Part shown: in pieces, positions 1-12,164 of the stretch
How the letters are laid out: the number at the start of each line of letters is the position of its first letter
Numbering within the stretch: the first letter of the stretch is position 1
Assembly: GCA_964016885.1 (NCBI GenBank)
Contig: OZ024740.1
Location: 245,272,001-245,336,000, forward strand
Direction of reading: 5' to 3'
Source: Eledone cirrhosa
Taxonomy: Eukaryota
DNA length: 64,000 bases
The notes under the pieces: model-generated
Databases searched by the model: none
What the model was told of the DNA's origin: nothing
Seen by the model: the letters and a program-made list of their open reading frames with translations, nothing else
Program-made: the position numbers and the translations under genes

Positions 1-8
1 ATATATAT

Positions 9-58
<50 letters not shown>

Positions 59-61
<3 letters not shown>

Positions 62-453
62 CATTCTATTCCATTTATCGTTTTCGGTGCGCCCGGCCGA
101 CTATACTCACTCGATATGCAAATTAGGCTGCTCAGCCGTTAATATGCATAAGGAAAGTATATACTTTCAGACGTTCAACCATCTGGCAGTAAGTTATACG
201 ATGCTGACGATAGTTAATAAGCTTGAAACTAGTACATCGTTCCTGTGTCAGTGTTGAACAAAAAGGTGACGTGGTTGCCTAAACATTGTATGGCGTAATT
301 CGGGCTGTTTGTTTGTTAACAAACAAACAAACCGCGCATTATAATAAATGTTCGGTAAACCGATACGTGCATATATATATGTATGCATGTATGTATATAT
401 ATACTACTGTACGTCAGTATACATATATGTATGTACGTATACATACATACATA

Positions 454-470
<17 letters not shown>
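59..470 (+). mobile_element. Non-coding HHR-bearing repeat family A (pLTR/retrozyme-like), embedded in (TA)n
   Basis: Closely similar to 30376-30770; contains a hammerhead at 198-240; TA tracts on both sides. Confidence 0.75.
198..240 (+). ncRNA. Minimal type I hammerhead ribozyme
   Basis: acgatg-CTGACGA-tagttaataagctt-GAAAC-TA-GTA-catcgt: 6-bp stem I, intact core, palindromic ACTAGT stem III, GUA site. Confidence 0.8.
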
Positions 471-490
<20 letters not shown>

Positions 491-494
<4 letters not shown>

Positions 495-2077
495 ACTTCC
501 TCCCGAAACTCCACAAACCCGACAACCCCGGCCGTCCCATCGTCTCCGCTTGCAACTGCCCCACCGAACTCATCTCCGCCTTTCTCGACTCCCTCCTCGC
601 CCCCCTTGTCACCACCCTCCCCTCCCACATCTCTGACACCAACCACGCCCTGCGCCTTTTCGACTCCTTCACCTACCTACCCGGCCCTCAGCCATTCCTC
701 TTCACCCTAGACATCAAGTGCTTCTATACCGTCATCCCCCACGCCGACGGCCTTCGCGCCCTCAAACACTACCTCGACCTTCGCCCCTCCCCCATTCCCT
801 CCACCCCCACCCTCCTTCGCCTCGCCGAGCTGGTCCTCACCCTAAATTGTTTCTCCTTCTCGGGTGAGTTTTACCAACAGGTCACGGGGGTAGTCATGGG
901 CACAAGAATGGGCCCGAACTATGCCAACCTTTTTGTTGGCCATGTTGAGGCCCAAATCTTTGCCCAGTACACCGGCCCCACGCCCGAACTGTACGGTCGT
1001 TACATTGACGACTGTATCGGAGCCACGACCCTCACCCGAGTACAGCTCGACTCCTTTCTCTCCTTCTTCTGCTCCTTCCACCCCTCCCTCCACTTCACCA
1101 CCTCTATCTCCACCACCCACGTCCACTTCTTGGACATCTCCGTCGCCTTCGACCCCTCCCACCACTCCCTCGTCACCTCCGCCTTCTTCAAACCCACCGA
1201 CTCCCACTCTTACCTCGACTTCACCTCTTCCCACCCCACCCACACTAAACTCTCCATTCCCTACTCCCAACTTCTCAGGATCCGCCGCCTCTGTAGCCGA
1301 GATGCTGACTTCGAGTCCCAAGCCCTTTCCCTAGTCAGCCATTTCATCCGCAGAGGTTACCCCCCCCCCCCTCTCTCGTCCACACCGCTCTCACCCGCGC
1401 CCGTGCTATCCCCCGCTCTACCACCCTCACCCCACGCCACCGCACACCCACCTACCGTCTCCCCTTCCCCATCACCTACCACCCCTCCACCTTACCCCTC
1501 CACCGCACCATCCGCCGCCTCTTCCGACACCTCCAGTCCGACCCCTCCACCTCCCACATCTTCCCAACCCCACCACTCCCCTCCTTCATACGCGCACGCA
1601 ATCTCCGCACCCTCCTCGTCCACAGCTCCCTACCCCCCAACCCACGCTCCGTTTCCCCCCCCCGGTTCCTTCCCCTGTTCTAGGCCCCGCTGCAACACCT
1701 GTCCCCACATCACCAACACCACCACCTTCCAGGGTCCCAACGGCCACCCTCTCTCGGTCCGGCATGCCTTCCGCTGCACCTCCTCCAACCTAGTCTACGG
1801 ACTTCGTTGCACGAGGTGCAGCGCGACTTATGTCGGACAGACGGGACGCCGCCTGGCGGACCGAGTCACGGAGCACCTCCGGGACATTCGCCTCGGGGGC
1901 AGTTTCCCCATCGCCCGCCACTTTGGTGGCCCTGGACACTCCGCACACCATCTCACAGTCTGTGGCCTACTCCAGTGCCACGGAACACCCGCCCATCGCC
2001 TCACGGTCGAACAACGTACTATCTTCATCTTACAGACCCCCCCCCCCGGCCTGAACTCCCCACCCTTATTCCTTTAG
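491..2077 (+). pseudogene. PLE reverse transcriptase + Cys-rich linker + GIY-YIG endonuclease (N-truncated, two compensating frameshifts)
   Basis: LPKLHKPDNPGRPIVS, QVTGVVMGTRMGPNYANLF, RYIDD, KPTDSHSYL; linker CSRPRCNTCPHI; endonuclease NLVYGLRCTRCSATYVGQTGRRLADRVTEH. The N-terminal YIYI part of the ORF call is microsatellite. Confidence 0.92.
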
Positions 2078-2553
2078 CGTTCGACCCCCCCCCCCCCCCC
2101 CTTATCCCCCACTAACACCACTAACACACCCCTCCTTTTCACCGCCCACCCCACACTAACAATACTAACACCCCCACTCCACCCCTCATCTAACCACCCT
2201 TCCCCAACTAACATACTAACATCCCTTCCCTCCCCTCTTCTCCTCCTCCCCCCTCCTTATCACACGCACACACTTACACCACCCACCCCACACGCAACTA
2301 ACATCACTAACACCCTCCAACCCCACGCACACGTACCCACACACCCTCGTACACCACCACTCTACACACCCTACCCCCACTAACCCCCACTCACACCTGC
2401 ATTCCACCCCTCCCCACCTCCCGTCTACTAACACCCACTAACACCTCCTCACCAAACTACACACACACCGTACACCACACTCCCTCCACAGAACCACACA
2501 CACCCTTCTCTCCCCACTCCACACTCACTCATCCCACTAACACCCCTACTAAT

Positions 2554-2585
<32 letters not shown>

Positions 2586-3426
2586 ACACACACACACACA
2601 CACCCTCCTCACTCCAACTCTCACACCTACCCATCCTCGCCTCCCTACCATTCCGCTGACTGCTGCTATGCCCTTCCGACCACTGTCTCAGCACCCACTG
2701 ACCACAGCACTTCCACTGCTGACCACTTCCTGTTGCGCGCGCACCCCACATCTCTCCTCTTCCGACCACCGCTTCTTGGATTACCCACACGCGTTTTGAG
2801 TTCCAACCAAAATCTCCATACATCCGTGTAACTTACCACTTTTCAACCATCCTCTAACACCATCACCTATATAACTCACCCACACATCCCAAAACAAAAT
2901 TTTTTTATCCACACGCCACCCACACCCACAACACGCTTAAACCACACACACGTGCTTCCCACCACATATTTACACCCTCAGCCCCCTGATTCCTCTCCTC
3001 CCACCCCCTATCCACACACGCACAGACCCTCCGACACACAAAAACACCCCCCACACACACCTTCCTGAACATGCAACCCCGTTCTTCCCCCAACCCTCAC
3101 TTTCACATACACACACACACACACCTAACCACACACACCACCTTCAGCCCTCCCCGCTCGGACACCCCGTCTCCCTCTCCCCACTCCACCCGCCTCCACC
3201 TCTACTCACCCCACACCCTTCCACCACCGGTTTACCCCCCTTTTAATTTCAGTTTATTTTGATCATGCCTTTATTTTTAAATGTTCTCATTCCTTGTATT
3301 TTGATCATGCTTTATTTTTATTTATTATTTATTATAATTTTGTCTTTATTTGTTAATTTTTCATTCGCACCGTTTCCTTTCGCTATATGTCTCTCCACCA
3401 CTCCCCTACACACCTTTTGAACTCTT

Positions 3427-3458
3427 ACCCGAAGAAGGGCTTATGCCCGAAACGTCGT
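3427..3458 (+). ncRNA. Minimal PLE-type hammerhead, variant core CCGAAGA
   Basis: ac-CCGAAGA-agggcttatgccc-GAAACGTC-gt; stem II gggc/gccc, palindromic ACGT stem III, stem I only 2 bp. Confidence 0.6.
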
Positions 3459-3543
3459 CCTCCACCTACCCCCCACTCTCCTGAGCGTGAAGCTAATAAA
3501 CATTTGTCGTACTGCCTCTCTGTTCTGTCCCTGTTCAATTTTT

Positions 3544-3578
<35 letters not shown>

Positions 3579-3763
3579 TAATTTAATATATCAACTAACA
3601 TAAGCGCACAGATGCACGCCCATGCCAGCAAATACACAGGTTATGTCATAGTACCTAGGTGGTTCAATGCAGGAGAATGCAGAACAATAATATAAAGGAC
3701 GTAAAATAAGAAAATATTTTTTTTAAAAAATTTTAAAAAAATTTTTTACTTACTTAAATTTTC

Positions 3764-3845
3764 ACTCCAACTAATTAGTTTCTGCAATGGGATAAAGACA
3801 GTTACGTAATCCAACTGTCGAGAATTCATTGCGTCATCAGGGAGT
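3764..3845 (-). ncRNA. Type I hammerhead with extended stem II (family B copy 1)
   Basis: Minus strand: actcc-CTGATGA-c-gcaatg..gacagtt..aactgtc..cattgc-a-GAAAC-TAATTA-GTT-ggagt; GUU site. Confidence 0.8.
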
Positions 3846-4276
3846 CTATTCTCAGTTAAGTCTCCAGGCAATGCGCGGACACTGGCGGCTCATATAAAAA
3901 TAATAATAATTCGGTAGATCGAACAGCTTGCGAGGACTGGATTCTATGTACCGAAATTCTCACTGCTTCAAGTCAAATGGCGGATTCTAAAGAATCAATC
4001 ACGTGACACAGAGGCTAGTTAGAAGGAATGGGATGGTAAGATGACTGACGCCTACTAACACCCCAAAAAGAATTTTTTTAGAAGTGGTTTTGACAAGTTT
4101 GCTCGACAAATCAGTGATTTGGAGATAAATATAGATAATTTAATATATCAACTAACATAAGCGCACAGATGCACGCCCATGCCAGCAAATACACAGGTTA
4201 TGTCATAGTACCTAGGTGGTTCAATGCAGGAGAATGCAGAACAATAATATAAAGGACGTAAAATAAGAAAATATTT

Positions 4277-4309
<33 letters not shown>

Positions 4310-4333
4310 AATTTTTTACTTACTTAAATTTTC

Positions 4334-4415
4334 ACTCCAACTAATTAGTTTCTGCAATGGGATAAAGACAGTTACGTAATCCAACTGTCGAGAATTCATT
4401 GCGTCATCAGGGAGT
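4334..4415 (-). ncRNA. Type I hammerhead (family B copy 2)
   Basis: Identical to 3764-3845, 570 nt away. Confidence 0.8.
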
Positions 4416-4770
4416 CTATTCTCAGTTAAGTCTCCAGGCAATGCGCGGACACTGGCGGCTCATATAAAAATAATAATAATTCGGTAGATCGAACAGCTTG
4501 CGAGGACTGGATTCTATGTACCGAAATTCTCACTGCTTCAAGTCAAATGGCCGATTCTAAAGAATCAATCACGTGACACAGAGGCTAGTTAGAAGGAATG
4601 GGATGGTAAGATGACTGACGCCTACTAACACCCCAAAAAAAAATTCTCGACAGTTGGATTACGTAACTGTCTTTATCCCATTGCAGAAACTAATTAGTTG
4701 GAGTGAAAATTTAAGTAAGAAAAAAATTTTTTTTAAATTTTTTTTTAAAAATATTTTCTTATTTTACGTC

Positions 4771-4774
<4 letters not shown>

Positions 4775-4836
<62 letters not shown>

Positions 4837-4947
4837 GTATATATATATAGATAGATATAGATATATATATATATATATATATGTATATGTGTGTGTGTGT
4901 GTATATGTATGTGTGTGTGTATATGTATGTGTGTATGTGTGTATAAT

Positions 4948-5002
<55 letters not shown>

Positions 5003-5045
5003 GTGCGTATGTATGTGTGTGTGAGTGTATATATATATATATATT

Positions 5046-5083
<38 letters not shown>

Positions 5084-5149
5084 CACATATATATATGTAT
5101 GTATATGTATATGTGTATGTATGTGTATATATATATGATTAAGTGTGTG

Positions 5150-5194
<45 letters not shown>

Positions 5195-5237
5195 ATATGT
5201 ATATATGTGTATATATATGTGTAAATGTGTATGTATG

Positions 5238-5274
<37 letters not shown>

Positions 5275-5469
5275 GTGTGTGTATATATGTATGAGTATAT
5301 GTATATATGTATGTATATGTGTGTGTATGTGTATATGTGTATGTATATGTATATGTATATATATATAAATATACATATATATGTGTATATGTATATATAT
5401 ATGTATATGTGTGTGTGTGTATGTATATGTGTATATATATATATGTATATGTATGTGTGTGTATATATG

Positions 5470-5502
<33 letters not shown>

Positions 5503-5585
5503 GTGTTTATATATATATGTTTATATATGTATATGTGTGTATGTATATGTATGTATATGTGTGTGTATGTCTATATATATATAGA
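4775..5585. repeat. Compound (TA)n/(TG)n/(TATG)n microsatellite
   Basis: Directly visible. Similar tracts at 6054-6225, 6920-7425, 14120-14240, 15580-15696, 29843-29962, 35180-35450, 46923-47078, 56270-56373, 56982-57043, 58674-58756. Confidence 0.98.
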
Positions 5586-6048
5586 CATAATACACATCAT
5601 CAGATATTAAAATATATACTATTTCTTCTTCTAATTAGCATAATCTCATGGTAGAGATATAATTACGGTATGTGCGCATTTCTTCTAAGTTTAATTTTAC
5701 AACTAATTGTGTATGGTTGATGATATATTTGGTCAGTTTCTACATGCTGCCGAAATGTGGGATAAATAATGGAACGGGGTTGCCGCGAAGAGGCTACGAT
5801 CGATTATTTGTCGGAGATTTGCCCATAAGAGAATCTATTCTTATAGCTTGCTAGGATTGATTTTGTATATGGTTAATTATGCTAATTAGAAGAAGAAATA
5901 GTATATATTTTAATATCTGATGATTCTAAAGACATGATTTATGATATAATGCTCTGATTTTTTTATTTTAATTTATTAATTCTTCATAGAGCTTAAAAGT
6001 GAACAGTTGCAACATATATATATCTTTGACTTTATGTATATGATAACC

Positions 6049-6082
<34 letters not shown>

Positions 6083-6087
6083 AGTGT

Positions 6088-6211
<124 letters not shown>

Positions 6212-6224
6212 GTGTGTGTGTGTG

Positions 6225-6723
6225 TATTCATTAGTTAAGCAAAACAAGACCACAAATTTCACAAGGAAGACTATTAAAAGATTGTCAACATATTTTAGTT
6301 TGATGTAAGGAATGTAGAGAATAATAATAATAATAATATTAATAATAATAATGTCCGTTTACAATTGTTTCGCTACACTATATAATATTTCTGGATCAAA
6401 TAATTATAGATCATTATTGATCTGATTCAGTTGAAAATAACATTCTTTCCTCATTTTAATTTATATTCCTTTTGAAGTTCCGATGAGCTGCTCTATTTTT
6501 ACCTATGTTAATTATTTTCAACTGAACCAGAACAATAATGATCTATAATCATTTGATCCAGAAATATTATATGGAGCAGCGAAACAATTGTAAATGGACA
6601 TTATTATTATTAATATTATTATTATTCTCTACAGTCCTTATATCAAACTAAAATATGTTGACAATCTTTTAATAATGTCTTCCTTGTGAAATTTGTGGTC
6701 TTGTTTTGCTTAACTAATGAATA
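6225..6723. repeat. Long inverted repeat (~220-bp arms); pLTR-like element with HHR
   Basis: 6225-6444 is the reverse complement of ~6505-6723; HHR at 6477-6595. Confidence 0.9.
6477..6595 (+). ncRNA. Hammerhead with CCGATGA core and long stem II insert
   Basis: gtt-CCGATGA-gctgctc...gagcagc-GAAAC-AATT-GTA-aat. Confidence 0.65.
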
Positions 6724-6916
6724 TTTCCAGCTCTGTGCACCTAACATCTGCATGAACCCAGCCACCTAGCTGTCTTCCACTGCATAATGCACATTGAGCA
6801 CATGCCTTTACGCTTTGGCTTCTAACTAATTCACCAATCTCTCCTCTCCTCTCCTATCTCCTCTCCTATCTCCTCTCCTATCTCCATCTCTCTCTTTAAG
6901 ATTGGTTACTCTTGAA

Positions 6917-6984
<68 letters not shown>

Positions 6985-6991
6985 ATATATA

Positions 6992-7084
<93 letters not shown>

Positions 7085-7107
7085 GTGCGTGTGTATATAT
7101 ATATATG

Positions 7108-7180
<73 letters not shown>

Positions 7181-7181
7181 G

Positions 7182-7287
<106 letters not shown>

Positions 7288-7289
7288 TG

Positions 7290-7337
<48 letters not shown>

Positions 7338-7369
7338 TGTATATATATATGTATATATATATATAGGTG

Positions 7370-7423
<54 letters not shown>

Positions 7424-7429
7424 AATGTG

Positions 7430-8002
7430 TCTGTCGACACCTAGAATATAGCTTAAGAGAAATTTGAAGATAATGATATGATAGGCACCCAATATTTTGA
7501 ACTGGTATATAGAATTCTCTTGGCCTTTGTCACTCTCAGTAGAACTTTGAAGAATTAGCTTTTAAAGAATTTCCATTTTCTTTAAATATATCAACCAAGA
7601 ACGACCCCCAACGATCTTATAGACACCTGAAATATAGGCATTGTTAGCTTAAGAGAAACTTAAAAATAAGGAGTGACACCACATTCTGAAGTTGTTTATA
7701 GAATTCTTTCTGCCTTTGTCACTCTAAATATAAATTATAGCCTTAAAGAATTAGCTTTTAATGAATTCCCTTTTCTTTCAACCAATGACCTCCACCCATC
7801 CCACTCCCCACACTCTCCTACCATCTGAAAAGATATAAATACCACAACATTTATTTTTGGAAAGCCAGATTCCTGATGATTTCTAAAGAATGAAACAGTT
7901 CTAGTCCTGTAGAATCTCATCTATATTAACACATTTATACTCTGCTATGTATTGAGTACCTTACTTACTGTGGTTACCTCCGATTCAACCCGGAATAACG
8001 TA

Positions 8003-8070
<68 letters not shown>

Positions 8071-8177
8071 TACGTTATTCCGGGTTGAATCGGAGGTAAC
8101 CACAGTAAGTAAGGTACTCAATACATTGCAGAGTATAAAAGTTTTAATATAGATGAGATTCTACAGGACTAGAACTA
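7430..8177 (+). mobile_element. Family E HHR-bearing non-coding element ending in (TA)n, with an inverted copy of its 3' end across the TA tract
   Basis: Internal direct repeats in 7438-7790; 7897-8004 is mirrored at 8068-8177; homologous to 48945-49510, 49772-49868 and ~50300-50600. Confidence 0.8.
7867..7917 (+). ncRNA. Canonical type I hammerhead
   Basis: agattc-CTGATGA-tttctaaagaat-GAAACAG-ttctagtc-CTGTA-gaatct; 6-bp stem I, 4-bp stem III, GUA site. Confidence 0.85.
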
Positions 8178-8185
8178 TATTAAAA

Positions 8186-8244
<59 letters not shown>

Positions 8245-8721
8245 CAGTATATGGAGAAGAAACTACAAAAAGGTATGTTTTCAATTACAGGAGGTAAAGA
8301 ACCACTAAAGTGAAAAACATAAAGTCTACGAAAGGAGTGGAAAATACATATTAATTAAGAGTAAATCAAAATGCACAGACCAACCTTTTATAACTATAAA
8401 TACCTGGACAAACTCTAATAAGAGAATGTTTCGCCATAAAAAGTGTAGATACTATACCGCTTAGGGCTTCTCAGCAGGTGTAAAGACAGTATGGTCTACA
8501 TTTCTAAAAAACTTCAGTCAACTAAAATATCGCACATGGTAAAAAGCAACGAAAACATGCGCGCTACAAAGTTTAGAGTGGCTTGAATGGATCAAAAGAC
8601 CGCTAGAAATAGCAGCCCATAACCATTAGGAGCCAAAATCTCAAATTAAAAAATTGCGTTAAAAACTCACGTCAATCCTCTGTAATTTAATGAGCTCAAA
8701 GAATAACTCCGTTTTTTAATT

Positions 8722-8796
<75 letters not shown>

Positions 8797-8800
<4 letters not shown>

Positions 8801-9945
8801 CATTAGCTAATACAACATCCTTGGCTGAAACCATTAATAATTATAGAAACAAGAATATCGATTACAACCTGACCTGGAGTGTGCTCAAAAGGGCCACCCC
8901 TTATCAAAATAACAGATACAAGTGTAGGTTATGCTCCCAGGAACGTTTTGAAATCATGAAATCTAAGGATATCCTATTAAATAAGCGACAGGAATTAATT
9001 ATATCTTGCAATCATAGAATTAGAAGAACCTTCAAATATTATAAACCTAATTAATATACACCTTACTCTTATATTTTACATATTATTATAATTAGTTTGT
9101 TTAATTTAGTTAACCTATAATTAGTACTTTACTACAGAGAACTTCATAATTGTATTTCCCTCTTACAGCTCTCTTTTCCTAAAATTAATACCTAAAAGTA
9201 TACATATAATTTAATTTCCTGTTATGAATCTAGATTCCTTGTAGTCTATATAAGATTGGTATTTCTCACTAAATTTCTCCCAAAATTTTACTTTCCTTCG
9301 TTTTTAACAACACTCTTTAATAACATCTAATTCTTAATTCTTATTTATCACATTCATATGAATTAATATAAATTTATCCCTATAAGTATACCTACCATTT
9401 TAATTTCTTGTTATAGATCTAGATTTTTTATGGTTTAAATAAGATTGGTATTTCTCACTAATACCCTTTTAAAATTTTTTATTTTCCTTCGTTTTTAACA
9501 TTATTCTTTAATAACTTCAAATTTTCGTGTACCCTTCACTGGCTTGACCTCTTTTCATCCCCAAAGTATTCTTTTCATTCAAAGTATTCTTTCCATTCAA
9601 AACATACGTCTGCACTCCTCTACTCCTAAATTAAATTTCTACTACTACTATTCTATCAACTTTACCTCTAACTACTTTTCCATTGGTCAATTCAAAACCT
9701 GTTCCCAAACAGACCTTTTATATTAAATCTTTGTTGGTTTTTTTCAATAAACAAATCTCATAATTTCTGAAGACAGCATGTATATGTGAAGGTATGTATA
9801 TTTCCTCTGATAATTTGTAATATTTTTACATAGATCTATATGATATACATACCAACACGCATATACATCCTAGAAACGATCGTAAAGTAAGGAATTTTTT
9901 AATATAAGGAACTTGTTCTTTGTTTTTATTTCATTGTTTTTATTA
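8797..9945 (+). mobile_element. Penelope-like element 3' remnant (GIY-YIG C-terminus, 3' UTR with direct repeat, HHR)
   Basis: ORF 8821-9054 TWSVLKRATPY..CRLCSQERFEI..LLNKRQELIISCNH resembles the PLE endonuclease C-terminus; repeat ~9180-9335/9365-9520; TA flanks. Confidence 0.75.
9763..9888 (+). ncRNA. Hammerhead with ~100-nt rod-like stem II
   Basis: attt-CTGAAGA-..atgtatatgtg..ggtatgtatat...atatacatacc..cgcatatacat..-GAAAC-GATC-GTA-aagt. Confidence 0.75.
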
Positions 9946-10095
<150 letters not shown>

Positions 10096-10151
10096 GAGGA
10101 TAAATATATATCCAATATATATCCAATATATACGCCGGACCATTCTGCTAG

Positions 10152-11370
10152 TCTATATATCTAAAACAGAGAATGTCTGTCTGTCTGACTCCCTAAAACT
10201 CGAGAACCACCCAACCGATTGTTTTCAAACTTTACACATGTAATAGTTATGATCCCGTGAGTGTTTTGAGCTAAACAATTTCAAATTTTCAATGCCCTAG
10301 GGACCGCATTAGGCGATTTAGCGATCTCTCTCTATAAGTCTTAGTCTTTCTTTTTTGATAGATACATAGATATAACGTTGCGCCCTTATAATATATGGCT
10401 GTATGTCTGCCTCTCTGCATTACGACATTATGACGCTATGTGTGTGTGTGTATATATGTATATATAGGGTGTCAGGTCACCAGTTGATGCTTATGTCAGG
10501 TCACCAGTTGGTGCTACTGGTAACATGTATCCCAGTACAACCTGTCTCATGGTCGGGTCGTTGGCGACTAAACTGGCAACCCCACCAAGGTTTCTTGGTG
10601 AGGAGGGTGACTTTGGACATCCTGCAGGACTAAAAACAAAACCTGTCAAAGGGCAAAGGAGCTCTTAAAAGTCAATGGCCATCCAAAATCACCGGGAGAG
10701 ATAACCCCTTAGCTTTTGTCAAGGCAGAATTCTAGGAGAAGGGAAACTCTGATATAACACCTGCAACCCTGATGGTATCCAATGATGTTGACTTGTTCTT
10801 CTTTTTGGTAAATATCATCTTGGTTAAGAGAGTGGGACTGGCTTTGCTCACTATAAAAGCTTCCCGGCACAGGCATTGCTTTATATCTGGAGATCTCTCT
10901 GCACTTGTCGTTACATGGTACCATGGGCCCAGCACTATGTGTCAATGATTGTCACAGGTGTAGTGTTTGTTCCAGAGTTTTCAAGTCGCTGGCTGGACTA
11001 AAAAGTCACACTCGTTCAGCGCATCGGTAGGGGTTCTCCTACATGGATATAAAGTAGTGGCCGTACTCGAAAACGAGTTGGCAGCCACCATATATAGGGT
11101 GTAACGTTTTTCGAAATATTTACTTCTGCGTTCACAGATTGACTTTTTGTTGTTTCAGAAGATCCCGTTAAGGGTGAAAGCAGCGATTCTTTGCTTAAAC
11201 TTTAATCTGTTATTTTAATATATATTCGTGTACAGATATTTTTGCATACACAATAACAAAATATAAACAAACGTATTTATTTCACGAGCCTCGATAAGGA
11301 TAAATATATATCAAATATATAAGAACCCTAGAGCAAATCCCGAGCAACGCTGGGCCATTCTGCTATTAGT
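10152..11370 (+). mobile_element. Non-autonomous Helitron-like element (with nested insertion)
   Basis: 5' TCTATATATCTAAAA..(TGTC)n; 3' hairpin cccgagcaacgctggg followed by a degraded CTAG; internal homology to 40360-40630. Confidence 0.7.
10473..11089 (+). mobile_element. ~620-bp non-autonomous RTE-derived element with 13-bp TSD
   Basis: TSD atatatagggtgt at 10460-10472 and 11090-11102; near-identical copy at 56373-56982 (-); 3' end gagttggcagccacca resembles the RTE LINE tail gcagccatca. Confidence 0.8.
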
Positions 11371-12164
11371 AAAAAGATCGGAGGCCATAAACAGTTGGTT
11401 CAAGTTATTTAAATCTTCGTTGTACATATTTCGCTGAGGAATATCAATTATGATAGTCTGAGCTCTTCAGACGGCAAAAACCTATACAATCTTGAAAATA
11501 TTGAAACTTCCTCAAAAAAATGTTAAAACTTCCTCAAAAACATTTTTCTCTACGTCATACAGGGGACGGCCGAATATGTGGATGTTGTTTCTTCGACGGC
11601 CGGCTCCTGTATGACTCCTAGAACTATAGTGGAAGTACTGGTCAGTTCTCACGTCACTATCGCCGGGTGTTGAGAGTAGCAAATCATCGTTGTAGTAACG
11701 AAATACGCTAGTAACCCCCCACCCCTACCCCCACCCCTGGCAGGCAGTGGTTGTTATCAGTCGTAGTGATAGCCATCTCCTCCCGACAACAATTCTCCGC
11801 AGATCTGCAACAATTGGAAATATTATAACCGATATCAAGAAGTAAATATATAATAAGTAAATTAAAAGAAATAGTTATATTAGAAGGAATAAATACATTG
11901 AAAAGAGATAATTATAATAAAAATAGATGCCGGTATATCTTAACGGGTAATAAGTTTATTTATATCTTAATACAGAAAATATTACAAAGAAAAAGAGAAA
12001 AGGGAAAGGAAAAAAGAAAAAAAATCACACAACAAAAGACAGGCGAAAGCGGTGGGCAGACGAACCGCTGCCAGAACAAAAGATAACGATATCTTAACTA
12101 TAAATCAGAGTATATAACGTAGTTGTTATATAACGTAGTTGTTATATAGTTATGGTTTAACTGG

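Larger units (their letters stand above)
491..3545 (+). mobile_element. 5'-truncated Penelope-like retroelement (Neptune-like) inserted in (TA)n
   Basis: RT-GIY-YIG ORF, long C-rich 3' region, HHR-like motif at 3427-3458, AATAAA near 3495, TA tracts at both ends. Confidence 0.9.
3574..4775 (-). mobile_element. Family B: two tandem ~560-570 bp non-coding units, each with an HHR, plus an inverted partial copy
   Basis: 3574-4130 is repeated at 4131-4640; 4641-4775 is the reverse complement of part of the unit; flanked by (TA)n. Confidence 0.85.

Noticed and set aside
8424-8478. Minus-strand CTGAGAA-gcc..ggc-GAAACATTC hammerhead-like motif
   Set aside because: Core altered and stems I and III do not pair; at best a relic.
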